49,035 nt of DNA from Nanobdellota archaeon (GTDB taxonomy: Archaea > Nanobdellota > Nanobdellia > Parvarchaeales > Parvarchaeaceae): assembly GCA_021818665.1 (NCBI GenBank), contig JAKATQ010000001.1, positions 1 through 49,035 on the forward strand, in the 5' to 3' direction. Position 1 is the first letter of the stretch. The number at the start of each line of letters is the position of its first letter. The translations under genes and the position numbers were made by a program. This document shows, in pieces, positions 1 to 8,918 of this stretch. The notes under the pieces are model-generated. The model saw only the letters and a list, made by a program, of their open reading frames with translations, was not told the DNA's origin and ran no database searches.

Positions 1-685
1 TCGGTTATAGCCGGCGGGCTGCCGCTGTAGGCGAAAGGCGAAGCGGGGCTGGAGGAGAGGGTCTGCGTTATCGTGGCTCTGGATATCTTCCTTGACTCGG
101 AGACGGAGCCGGAGGTGTAGTTCTGGTCTCCGCTGGTGTTGTAGACCGCGTCGAAGACTCCTGCTGTCGCGTTAGAGTACGGGGACGCCTTCTGCGCGCC
201 GTTGATGTAGAGCTTTGCTGTGAGCTGGCTGTCCACGGACGTGACGGAGGCGGTGAACTTCTCCGGGGTGCCGTTGTAGGTGAAGTTGGAGAGGGAAGCT
301 GAGAGAGTGAGGGTCGGCGCGGCTTTGTCGATCGTCACTGCCAGCGAAGGGGACGTTGTGACTGTGTAGTTCTGGTTGCCGCCGGATTCGGAAGTGTAAC
401 TGTAAGAACCGGCTGCCGCGTACTTGCCGCTGAGGGCGGAGAACGTGAAGGAGGAAGAGGAGAGGTCGGACGAGCCGGTGGATCCCGTGGAGGCGGAGCC
501 GTTGTAGAGGGAGAAGGAGAGTCCGGACTGACCGCTGACGAGCGTGCCTGAGAGGGTGTCGGTTATAGCCGGCGGGCTGCCGCTGTAGGCGAAAGGCGAA
601 GCGGGGCTGGAGGAGAGGGTCTGCGTTATCGTGGCTCTGGATATCTTCCTTGACTCGGAGACGGAGCCGGAGGTGTAGTTCTGGT
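1..685. repeat. Intragenic direct repeat: positions 1-127 are identical to 559-685 (558-bp spacing, 186 codons). The flanking parts of each unit are diverged.
   Basis: Direct comparison: tcggttatagccggcgggctgccgctgtaggcgaaagg...ggaggtgtagttctggt occurs at 1 and again at 559. The first mismatch is at 128/686. Confidence 0.9.
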
Positions 686-1391
686 TGCCAGTGGTGTTTA
701 GCACGAAGGAATAAACGGCAGCTGTCGCGTTCTTATACGTAGTCGATGTAGTGGTGTTGGATTTAAACCTGCCGTTTATGAAAAAGCTTGCGTTCAGCTG
801 ATTGCTGACGGTGGTTATGGTCGCCGTGGTGTTCTCTGTAGTGCCGTTATAGGTGAAGTTCGCTCTGCTGGCTGTCAGGGTTATGGTTGGCACGGCTTTA
901 TTTATGGTCTGGGAGTGAGTTTCAGAGGTAGATGTCGCCGTCTGATTGGCAACGATTGTATAGAGCCCGGCTGGCTCCAATCCAGAGAAGGTCACGTTGG
1001 TCGGTGTCGTACCACTAATCGAAACGTTTCCCTCAAGTTTTCCATTCACGTAAAGAAGCCCGTTATAACTGCACGTTGCCAGATTATTGGTGAATTGTGC
1101 GATATAGACCGAATTAGTGCCGTATGTTCCAGTCTGGTTCGCGTCTCGCGTGCTATTTATCCACATGTGGATTGTTTCTGTAGACAATGTACAACCTGCT
1201 GAAAATGAAATTATGCCCGTCGTTATCTGCGGAACGCGGGGGGGCGTTTGAGGTGTTTTCATCAATAACCCGCTTAATGTCAGAATTATCAGCAGACTTA
1301 CGATTATGGGCCACACATACGATATAGCATAGCCCAGTCGTAGACCTTCATGTGCTCCGGGAGTTGATTGCGATTTGTGCGCCAGATTCAT
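1..1391 (-). CDS. Large repeat-rich cell-surface (adhesin/S-layer-like) protein. Only the N-terminal part is present; the C-terminus runs off the left edge of the window.
   Basis: My own reverse-strand translation from the ATG at 1391-1389 stays open down to position 1. The ORF is absent from the supplied track because it is edge-truncated. The protein starts MNLAHKSQSTPGAHEGLRLGYAISYVWPIIVSLLIILTLSGLLMKTPQTPPRVPQ, which is a single N-terminal hydrophobic anchor. S/T/N-rich modules follow. They end in G(N/D)QNYT and restart with TINKAVPTITLTAS..NFTYNGT, TIDKAAPTLTLSAS..NFTYNGT or ISRATITQTLSSS. NxS/T sequons are numerous. The pattern resembles Ig-like/MBG-type adhesin repeats. Confidence 0.75.
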   Translation of the reverse strand, partial: MNLAHKSQSTPGAHEGLRLGYAISYVWPIIVSLLIILTLSGLLMKTPQTPPRVPQITTGIISFSAGCTLSTETIHMWINSTRDANQTGTYGTNSVYIAQFTNNLATCSYNGLLYVNGKLEGNVSISGTTPTNVTFSGLEPAGLYTIVANQTATSTSETHSQTINKAVPTITLTASRANFTYNGTTENTTATITTVSNQLNASFFINGRFKSNTTTSTTYKNATAAVYSFVLNTTGNQNYTSGSVSESRKISRATITQTLSSSPASPFAYSGSPPAITDTLSGTLVSGQSGLSFSLYNGSASTGSTGSSDLSSSSFTFSALSGKYAAAGSYSYTSESGGNQNYTVTTSPSLAVTIDKAAPTLTLSASLSNFTYNGTPEKFTASVTSVDSQLTAKLYINGAQKASPYSNATAGVFDAVYNTSGDQNYTSGSVSESRKISRATITQTLSSSPASPFAYSGSPPAIT

Positions 1392-1767
1392 ATAGTAGAA
1401 ATGATAACTTGAATAAATATAATATTATTTGAGCCAAAAGAGGCGATTTTGCCACTTGGATAACACTTTAAGTCCTAAATCTTTATTTTTGATGGGTTTT
1501 AACTGCTCTAACGAATTTGGATTGTTCTTGGAGAGCGTTACCAACATTCAGCCATCAAATCCAGTTCTTTCAGCTTTTTAGGACAGAAAGCCGACTCAGT
1601 ATCAATTATCTCTCTTTCGTTTAAGGGGCATCACAATGCTGGCACAGCGTTTAAAAGCAAGTATTGGCTTCTTTACATTTGAGATGTATTTTAACTTATT
1701 TGTGGTTTTCCTCCTCATTAGTTTTAATGCTACGAGCCTTCTGAAGCAAAGCGCCCTATACATCTCT

Positions 1768-2016
1768 CTAACTTAAGTGAATGTAAACTTCGGTCATCTT
1801 TTTTGCTGTGGTCCATCCGACTATTTGTTTTAGAGACGATCTTAAGGGCGAGTTTTAAGGCCGCACATGATTTATTGATTAGTTGAGTGAGGGCAGGCCT
1901 TGTTCAAACTATAAGAATTCTAAGAACGCTTTTTTGTTTATGTCCATTATTTCTTAGCTCCACATAAGAACTTCGGCCCTGTTCTTAAAGATTCTCTCCC
2001 TTAAACCATCTTCCAT
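1768..2016 (-). pseudogene. Decayed tyrosine recombinase (integrase) remnant: C-terminal catalytic region, broken by stops and frameshifts.
   Basis: Reverse-strand reading gives ..LTQLINKSCAALKLALKIVSKTNSRMDHSKKMTEVYIHLS* with the stop at 1768-1770. This matches the integrase C-terminal pattern (L)GH-x5-T-x2-Y-x-H-x-S that carries the catalytic Tyr. Upstream, in shifted frames, are MEDGLRERIFKNRAEVLMWS* and ELRNNGHKQKSVLRILIV*. The fragment lies 60 nt from the 3' end of tRNA-Asn. Confidence 0.45.
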
Positions 2017-2075
2017 GCTTACACTTAATATTTAACTCCTTTTAAAACGATAAAAGATATCAACTAATCAAAGAC

Positions 2076-2147
2076 CGCCCAGGGAGAGACTCGAACTCTC
2101 AACCTAATGGTTAACAGCCATTCGCTCTGCCGTTGAGCTACCCGGGC
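2076..2147 (-). tRNA. tRNA-Asn (anticodon GTT), 72 nt, no encoded CCA.
   Basis: Manual fold of the reverse complement: GCCCGGG TA GCTC AACGGCA GAGC G AATGG CTGTTAA CCATT AGGTT GAGAG TTCGAGT CTCTC CCTGGGC G. All four stems pair and the T-loop is TTCGAGT. Confidence 0.9.
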
Positions 2148-3383
2148 TTACTCTCTGAGTATAGCTTTTTGAGCCATATATTCTTTGATTTTGCCCAATA
2201 TAAATTTATTAAAATCGTGGACATCGTATGGTTTGTCGTAAGCGGCGGATTCCTTGTAAACATACGCTTCTCTGTGCTGGTTCACGAACCTAGAAAAGTG
2301 CTCAATTCCAAGCCATGGATTCGGACCAACGACGCGCTTAGTCTTCGTCGCTGGGACGTTAGCGACTTCTAGGAACAGTTCTGCGTCGTGCTCCGAGAAC
2401 ACGACGTTCAAGTCGTAGACTTCTACACCGGCGTCTGACAGAGTTTTCAAAAGCCGCTCGGAGTTCTTGTTATATTTCGAGAGGAACTTCTCACGCGGAC
2501 CGGATATCCTCGTGACGTTCCTGAAAAGGCGGGTGCCGCGTAGTTTCGACCTGGAGATAATTGCTTTTTTGTCATCTTTCTTCAAGAAAAATGACATTTC
2601 GGGATGGAGGTGGAAAAATTTCACCGCGAATACGAACTTGGCGAAGTTGGTCATGTTCAAAGACGCGCAGACGTTCCGATTTGGGTTCGTCGGATCTACC
2701 AGCAGTATCGGCGAGCCGTCCTCCCCCAGCTCTTTTACCGCCCCATCCCTGTTCGAGTAAACCTTTTCTATGTCGATATACACGCACGGTCGCCATGCCA
2801 ACACGGCGTCAAAAAGCTGTTTTATGCCGCCATAGTTCAGGATCATCAGTTCAAGCGCATAGCCGGAGAAGCCGTGTATGTGCGTTTCGGCGCCGAAACA
2901 CCCGTTAGCCTTGCAGAATTGTTTCAGCGCTACGACGTCGCGCTTCATGCCGGCATCGAGTCTCCTGTTTATATAAGATGCGTGGAGCCTTGAAAAATCG
3001 ACAGAATTGGTGACCTCTTTGCGGTCCTTGAACCTTACCAGAGGCACTATCTCGACGTATACTCTCTGGATTTTGCCTCTGAAGTAGACGCGCGTGCCAT
3101 GCGCCGTATCAAAGCCATCTGGTATGAGCTTATGTAGCCCCAATGTTTCCTTTTCTGAACCGAAAACCACGAAAACGTCTATATCGGCATCATTCCTTAC
3201 CCACGTTCCCTTCGAGAAAGACCCGCCTAGCTCGACTTCTATGTCTAGCTTGTATTTTATCGCTTTGGCCCTTATGCCGGCAATGACGGATTCCGCTATC
3301 CGTTTCAGTTTGACGGCTTCGGCCCCGGATGGCAAGAAAGACTTATAAACACGTTCGATAATGTTATTAGTTTTGTCGAGCAT
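2148..3383 (-). CDS. cca: CCA-adding enzyme (archaeal class I tRNA nucleotidyltransferase).
   Basis: 411-aa ORF with an ATG start. The motif IEVELGGSFSKGTWVRNDADIDVFVVF matches the class I nucleotidyltransferase signature GS..RGT(W/F)...D.D(I/L)D.F. Length is typical. Confidence 0.85.
   Translation of the reverse strand: MLDKTNNIIERVYKSFLPSGAEAVKLKRIAESVIAGIRAKAIKYKLDIEVELGGSFSKGTWVRNDADIDVFVVFGSEKETLGLHKLIPDGFDTAHGTRVYFRGKIQRVYVEIVPLVRFKDRKEVTNSVDFSRLHASYINRRLDAGMKRDVVALKQFCKANGCFGAETHIHGFSGYALELMILNYGGIKQLFDAVLAWRPCVYIDIEKVYSNRDGAVKELGEDGSPILLVDPTNPNRNVCASLNMTNFAKFVFAVKFFHLHPEMSFFLKKDDKKAIISRSKLRGTRLFRNVTRISGPREKFLSKYNKNSERLLKTLSDAGVEVYDLNVVFSEHDAELFLEVANVPATKTKRVVGPNPWLGIEHFSRFVNQHREAYVYKESAAYDKPYDVHDFNKFILGKIKEYMAQKAILRE
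2175..2183 (-). promoter_or_regulatory. TATA-like element (GAATATATG on the minus strand), 28-36 nt upstream of the tRNA-Asn 5' end, inside the 3' end of the cca coding sequence.
   Basis: The sequence and spacing fit an archaeal TATA box at about -30. There is no independent evidence. Confidence 0.3.
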
Positions 3384-3410
3384 ATGTATGTTTAGCGAAC
3401 CATTATTTAT

Positions 3411-6110
3411 ATGGATATTCTGAGCCAGAAGTTGATGAAGATACTAGCCGAGCTTGGTTTTGATAATCTGACGGAAATACAGAAGCTTTCGATGCCTAGG
3501 ATAAAGAACGGAGAAAGCCTGGTCGTAGGAGCACCTACAGGTTACGGCAAGACCCTCGCAGCATTCCTTCCGCTGATAGAAAAGATTGATGGCACTAAGG
3601 ACGAGCTACAGCTATTGTATGTTACGCCGCTGCGCTCCTTAAACAGGGACATCTTCAAGAACATAATCTCTATCTGCAACAAAATGGGCGTAGAGCTCGA
3701 CATAAGGCACGGGGACACCTCAGCCTCGGAGCGAGCCAAGCAGGCGAGCATGCCGCCGCACTGCCTTATAACCACTCCCGAGACTCTGCAGTCGATGTTC
3801 TTAAGCAAGAGACTTGTGGAACACATGCGCAACATAAAGTACGTCATAGTGGACGAGATACAGAGCCTGATGGAGTCAAAGCGCGGGACCCAATTCAGCG
3901 TCGCACTGGAAAGGCTAAGGGAACTGGCCAAATTCCAGATAGTAGGACTCAGCGCGACTATCGCTGATTTCGAGGCGACAAAGCGCTTTGTAGGCTGCAG
4001 CGAATCCATAGAGTTCACTGGCGACAAAAAATACAACGTAAAGGTTATATATCCTCAGATAGAGCCCGAAGATGAGGGCGTCGCCTCGAAGGAAAACCTT
4101 AGCGATCTTGTGGCTAATTCGCTTAGATATATAAAGAACGAGATGCTTTCCGCCAGATCCACGATTCTTTTCACTAACACGCGGGAAACTGCCGAACTCC
4201 TCGGGTCGAGGCTGTCTAAATTCCTAAAACGCCAGAACATAGATGTCCACCATAGTTCGCTGTCTAAGGAAGTCAGGATGGAGATAGAGAATCGCTTCAA
4301 GATAGGCGGCATAGACCTCGTTATAGCCACCAGCTCGCTGGAACTCGGGATCGACATAGGAGACATAGATTTGGTCATACAATACATGTCGCCCCGTCAG
4401 GTCGTAAAGCTCATCCAGCGTGTCGGTCGTTCAAAGCACGTGGCGAGCGGGGTATCGGAGGGCCGCGTACTTACCATAAATCTGGACGACTACCTAGAGA
4501 GCGTAGCTGTCGATGAATGCCGCAAAGAGAACATGATAGAGGTCATTCCACTGCCAAAGCTTTCTCTGGACATACTCGCGCATCAGATAGCCGGCCTGCT
4601 CATAGACGGCGTAGGAAAACCGGCTAAGATGTTCGAGATAATAAGACGATCGTACGCGTATTCCGACCTGGATAAAAAGAAATTCGACGATACTTTGGAC
4701 TTCATGCTAAAACACTATCTCGTGAGATATTATGGTGAGGATCTTGTAAGGACAAGAAAGGGCCTGCTCTTCTACATAAACAACATCTCCTCCATCCCAA
4801 ATATAAAGACATATGTAGTTGTCGACAGCCAGCTGAACAAGAAGATAGGCGTACTAGACGAGAAATTCGTGGCGGAGAACGGTCGTGAAGGGAGCATGTT
4901 CATAATGCGCGGGGAGACATGGAAAATCATAAAGTTTGAGGGGCAGAAGATCAGCGTCGTAAGGGCGGCAAACTCGATTGGCGCGATACCTGCATGGGAA
5001 GGCGAGCTGATGCCGGTACACAGGTTTGTCGCTGAGCGTGCAGCCGCGCTAAGACACAAATATGTGGACCGTTTTTCTGTACTGCGTGAACAGCAGTCCG
5101 GGTTCGTGATCCCGGATGGGAAGACCATGCTGATGGAAAGAATGGAGGGTTTTGCAATAATCCATTCTCCTTTCGGGAACAAGATAAACGAGGGCATCGC
5201 GAAGGCGCTTTCCGCCAGGATATCGGTGATAGTCGGCGAGAGCGTCGTGAGCAAGGTCGATCCGTATCGAATAACCATCAAGACGCACCTTCCGCTCAAG
5301 GAGCTTAGGAAGTTGTTTACGTCAATGGAAGACCCAAGCGCCCTTATAAAAGACGTGATAAGGAGGACTTCACTTTACGAGTATCGTTTTTTAAACGTGG
5401 CGAAACGTTTCGGAGTCGTAAACAAATTCGCCGACTTCAGCAAGATGCATCTAAGGAGCCTTGTAGATATATACAAAGGTTCCATACTGGAAGAAGAAGT
5501 CTACAACGAGATATTCAGCGATAAGATAGACGTGGCGGGAGTAATGGACGTGATAGGAAAAATAAAGGCCGGCAGCATAGAATTAGTCCTTAATGAGGGT
5601 GCGCCGTCTCCTCTAGCGTACGAAGGATTTGAGAACTCGTACGGCGGTTCGATAGTAAGGCCGGAAGACGCGAAGAAGATGCTGCGGCAGCTCGTACTAG
5701 AAAGGCTGAGAAGCACCAGGATGTTCCTGCAGTGCCTTAACTGCGGCAATAAAGTCGGCGAATTCGATGCACAGAACGCATGTGACCTGAAATGCCAGAA
5801 ATGCGGTGCAAAGTACATAGGTTTTTTCAAATCCAAGTACAGCAAGGAATACTCGGACATAATCAAAAAGTCGTTCAAAAAGAAAAAACTTACGGCAGAC
5901 GAGGAGCGGATACTGGAAGGGCTAAAGCAAAGCGGCGCCCTGTACCTTGCGTACGGTGGCAAGGCATGCGTAGTCGGCGCTTCATACGGCATCGGCCCCC
6001 GCGTCGCAAGCCGCATCTTATCTACTTACAACAAAAGCGAGGAAGAGCTAGTGGACAAGATAATCGAAGCGGAAAAGAACTACATAGAGACCCGGGACTT
6101 CTGGAATTGA
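3411..6110 (+). CDS. Lhr-like ATP-dependent DExH-box helicase (superfamily 2).
   Basis: 899 aa. Motif I is GAPTGYGKT, motif II is VDEIQS and motif VI is QRVGRSKH. The long C-terminal region includes a CxxC...CxxC zinc ribbon (CLNCGNK...CQKCGAKY). Size and layout fit the archaeal Lhr core family. Confidence 0.7.
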   Translation: MDILSQKLMKILAELGFDNLTEIQKLSMPRIKNGESLVVGAPTGYGKTLAAFLPLIEKIDGTKDELQLLYVTPLRSLNRDIFKNIISICNKMGVELDIRHGDTSASERAKQASMPPHCLITTPETLQSMFLSKRLVEHMRNIKYVIVDEIQSLMESKRGTQFSVALERLRELAKFQIVGLSATIADFEATKRFVGCSESIEFTGDKKYNVKVIYPQIEPEDEGVASKENLSDLVANSLRYIKNEMLSARSTILFTNTRETAELLGSRLSKFLKRQNIDVHHSSLSKEVRMEIENRFKIGGIDLVIATSSLELGIDIGDIDLVIQYMSPRQVVKLIQRVGRSKHVASGVSEGRVLTINLDDYLESVAVDECRKENMIEVIPLPKLSLDILAHQIAGLLIDGVGKPAKMFEIIRRSYAYSDLDKKKFDDTLDFMLKHYLVRYYGEDLVRTRKGLLFYINNISSIPNIKTYVVVDSQLNKKIGVLDEKFVAENGREGSMFIMRGETWKIIKFEGQKISVVRAANSIGAIPAWEGELMPVHRFVAERAAALRHKYVDRFSVLREQQSGFVIPDGKTMLMERMEGFAIIHSPFGNKINEGIAKALSARISVIVGESVVSKVDPYRITIKTHLPLKELRKLFTSMEDPSALIKDVIRRTSLYEYRFLNVAKRFGVVNKFADFSKMHLRSLVDIYKGSILEEEVYNEIFSDKIDVAGVMDVIGKIKAGSIELVLNEGAPSPLAYEGFENSYGGSIVRPEDAKKMLRQLVLERLRSTRMFLQCLNCGNKVGEFDAQNACDLKCQKCGAKYIGFFKSKYSKEYSDIIKKSFKKKKLTADEERILEGLKQSGALYLAYGGKACVVGASYGIGPRVASRILSTYNKSEEELVDKIIEAEKNYIETRDFWN

Positions 6111-6113
6111 CGT

Positions 6114-6818
6114 TCAGATGTTCAGGTTCGAGATGTTATGGTCCTTCCCGTGCGAAACGCACACGAGGTCTGGATTAAGGTCTTTTACCTTCTTTATACT
6201 GCTGAGGAGCGAGATGTAGTCATCATAGAATATCGGCACTCTTAGCCCTTCGGGCACGCCTCTCAAAAGGTCCCCGACTATAACCGTGTTGGAATCTGGA
6301 AGATATATGGAGATGGAATCCGGTGTGTGGCCCGGCGTTTCGAGTATCTTCGCTTTTACGTGCATCTGTTCCGGGAACATCCCCTCTTTCAGGACCATGT
6401 CTGGTTTTACGAACTTCGGTCTCGCGAATGCGATCATTAATTTTATCATGCCTGCCATAAGTGCGGGTTTTATCCCCTTTACATTGCCCTGCTTTGGGAG
6501 CATCAGGCCACTAGCGCCATCTATATACTGTATCCCTTTTTCGTGTATAGCCAGATGCGCACCGGAAAGTCTCTGCATGTAATATGCGCCTCCGAAATGA
6601 TCTATGTGGGCATGGGTCAGCAGGATGTACTTTATGTCGGAGACTGATTTCCCGAGCGAGTTTATGTAGGCGATTATCGTTTTGTAGCTGTTCGGCATGC
6701 CGGCGTCCACAAGAAGAAAGCTGCCATCCGAAGCTTCTATTAAGAAAGCTTTTGTACGCCCAAGGTATATCTCGTGGAGTGAGGAATTTATCCTCATGCC
6801 GAGCGTGTTTGCTTCCAT
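6114..6818 (-). CDS. MBL-fold metallo-hydrolase.
   Basis: 234 aa. The HxHxDH motif is LTHAHIDHFGG, with later conserved His/Asp (TPGHTPDS, VSHG). Confidence 0.8.
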   Translation of the reverse strand: MEANTLGMRINSSLHEIYLGRTKAFLIEASDGSFLLVDAGMPNSYKTIIAYINSLGKSVSDIKYILLTHAHIDHFGGAYYMQRLSGAHLAIHEKGIQYIDGASGLMLPKQGNVKGIKPALMAGMIKLMIAFARPKFVKPDMVLKEGMFPEQMHVKAKILETPGHTPDSISIYLPDSNTVIVGDLLRGVPEGLRVPIFYDDYISLLSSIKKVKDLNPDLVCVSHGKDHNISNLNI

Positions 6819-6916
6819 AATAATCCTTATGAGCTTATTATTTAAATATTGGGCTCATCAGCTACCCTTGTCCTCATCGGTCGCCCTCAGAAGGTGTTCA
6901 CTTAATCATCGCCCAT

Positions 6917-7498
6917 TCATATTTTTGGCGGCGGAGTCCCGCCTGTCGAACTTATTTTATTTTGGTTATTGCCTAACTGGTACTGGAGAACGAAAAAGGC
7001 GGTGCTGCCTATCACAGAGCTGAGCTTCACGTTCATCGGGGCTAGTGGATTCGTGCTATAAAGTGTAGGGGTCGCTCCGTTAAGCCCAAGGTATAAGTAC
7101 CAGTAGGAATTTGTCGTTGTATTGTCACATATCTGCCCGGTGAACTGGCTGGAGTATATACACGTAAGCTGGCCGCCGGAAATGGAGGCGGACATGTTGT
7201 TAGCCCTTAGGATGTCATTGGTCAGGCCTCCTATCGTCGTGGCGTTAAGGGACGATATCGGGGTATATGCAACGCTACCGATGAGCGTAAGATTCTGCCC
7301 GGTGGACGATGAATTGCTCACGAGCCCGGTCGTATACAGTGATGAGGTTGGTTTCACGAGCGACTGGGGGATTATTATCTCGTAAGCTAGTTGCGTCGGA
7401 TTCCCCACGTTCATGCTAGCGAAACCGTACATAATAGAAACAACAAACACTATCCCGACCGCAGCAGCGAATATCTGTTTTAACCTTCTATTTACCAT
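6917..7498 (-). CDS. Hypothetical membrane-anchored secreted protein, N-glycosylation-sequon rich.
   Basis: 193 aa with an ATG start. The N-terminal hydrophobic anchor is IFAAAVGIVFVVSIMYGFA. The body is S/T/N-rich with a Cys pair (LTCIYSSQFTGQICDN). It may be distantly related to the family at 11449 and 45477. Confidence 0.5.
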   Translation of the reverse strand: MVNRRLKQIFAAAVGIVFVVSIMYGFASMNVGNPTQLAYEIIIPQSLVKPTSSLYTTGLVSNSSSTGQNLTLIGSVAYTPISSLNATTIGGLTNDILRANNMSASISGGQLTCIYSSQFTGQICDNTTTNSYWYLYLGLNGATPTLYSTNPLAPMNVKLSSVIGSTAFFVLQYQLGNNQNKISSTGGTPPPKI

Positions 7499-7510
7499 AA
7501 ACTCTTAGAG

Positions 7511-8830
7511 TCACTTCAAAAGCACGTAGCCTACCACAGAAACGGCTAGGATCACCACGAGCCCGACTAGGAACGCCGCGGGAGAGAGGGCTATGAGGAC
7601 CAATAATAGGATGCCGACGAACATACCGAACCCGGCTCTTGTGTAATCTCTGTTCTTAAGATAATGGTAGCCGTATCCTATAGAGAAAAAGACGAACGCC
7701 GCAACAAAGGACAGCGCAGCGAGTATGATTATAGGGATGTAAACGAATACAGCACCGGGTACTATGGTTATTATGTTTGCGAATATCGTTATGAGGACCA
7801 TCGGTACTGCGGCGGTTATAAGCAGCTTTAGGTTTTCATCGTTCTTGAGGAACGAAGGCATCAGGTGGTCCCTCGACATGTCATCTAGAGTCCTGTTTGC
7901 TGTATTTATGACGGCGAACGCCATAGTCAGTATGACTATTACTGATAGGCCCACTATTATGTCTTGGAGAAGGGAGCTGAACGAACCTGACAGTATATTG
8001 GCGGTGAATATCGATATCGGTGAGAACTGTATGGACTGCACCGTCACGCCCTGGCTATTGCCGTAGACTAGAAGCTGTATCAGTGAGAATATCACTATCG
8101 CGCTGAAGAGTACGTATATCAAAGCCTTCGCGACTTTGGTCCTGTCTGTCCCTTTATAGACTATCGCAGATCCTTCGAAGCCGCCGTACATCCACAGGAA
8201 AAGCACGAGTGCAAGCGAGAACGGCGCTATTATGTACGAAGGGAAGCTTACCGAGGCAGTTGACGTATTGAATCCGTGCTGCGTCACCGCTATCGTGCCG
8301 ACGACTATCAGGAGAACGACGAACAGTATCTTGAGCGCACCCGCGAAGTTCAGGCTCTTCCTAGTTTTCTGATAGAAGAAAAGCAACCACATTACGAAGA
8401 AAACTATGTCGACTAGGGCTATGGAAATGTATATGTTAAGACCAAAGAACTGGGATATCTCGCCCACTGACGCTATGCCGGCAGCCGTGGTCGTTATAAG
8501 GAAGGACACCAGTATTAGGAAGCCGAATATGAACGAATATTCTATGTCCGAAGTCGCTTTGAGAAAATTGTATGGGTCGTGGCTATGTGTGATGGATATA
8601 TCATATATAAGCATCGCTATCATGAGCGCTATGAAGCCCGCCGCTATCACGAGATAAACCGAGAACGGGCCGCTGTAGACTAGCGACATGAATATCGGGA
8701 GTATCAGTATGCCCAGTCCGATTATCCCTGCAAGTCCGTGAAGATAAAGTTCCGAAGTCGAATGCTCATTTCTCCCCGGGGTTGCCGGCCTTGCGACTCT
8801 GCGTGGTGCCGAACGCCGTCTTTTCTGCAT
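7511..8830 (-). CDS. APC-superfamily amino acid/polyamine permease-like transporter.
   Basis: 439 aa with roughly 12 hydrophobic segments throughout and a basic N-terminal tail. The family call rests on overall topology and composition only. Confidence 0.55.
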   Translation of the reverse strand: MQKRRRSAPRRVARPATPGRNEHSTSELYLHGLAGIIGLGILILPIFMSLVYSGPFSVYLVIAAGFIALMIAMLIYDISITHSHDPYNFLKATSDIEYSFIFGFLILVSFLITTTAAGIASVGEISQFFGLNIYISIALVDIVFFVMWLLFFYQKTRKSLNFAGALKILFVVLLIVVGTIAVTQHGFNTSTASVSFPSYIIAPFSLALVLFLWMYGGFEGSAIVYKGTDRTKVAKALIYVLFSAIVIFSLIQLLVYGNSQGVTVQSIQFSPISIFTANILSGSFSSLLQDIIVGLSVIVILTMAFAVINTANRTLDDMSRDHLMPSFLKNDENLKLLITAAVPMVLITIFANIITIVPGAVFVYIPIIILAALSFVAAFVFFSIGYGYHYLKNRDYTRAGFGMFVGILLLVLIALSPAAFLVGLVVILAVSVVGYVLLK

Positions 8831-8918
8831 AAGGGTTAAAGCACAATTTAGTATAAATAGCTGTATTTTTGAAGTCTTTTTACGGCTGATTAGGCGTATT
8901 TTTCTGGGTCTCTTGGGC

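Noticed and set aside
1250-1391. A class III (pilin-like) signal peptide in the repeat surface protein (RLG|YAISYVWPIIV).
   Set aside because: There is no basic residue at -2 and no Gln/Glu pattern after the Gly. An ordinary signal anchor or signal peptide explains it equally well.
2467-2993. A cluster of plus- and minus-strand ORFs (97, 115, 74 and 129 aa) inside the cca gene.
   Set aside because: They are antisense or out of frame relative to a confidently identified 411-aa gene. Their composition is low-complexity and Arg/Ser/Pro-rich, which is typical of shadow ORFs.
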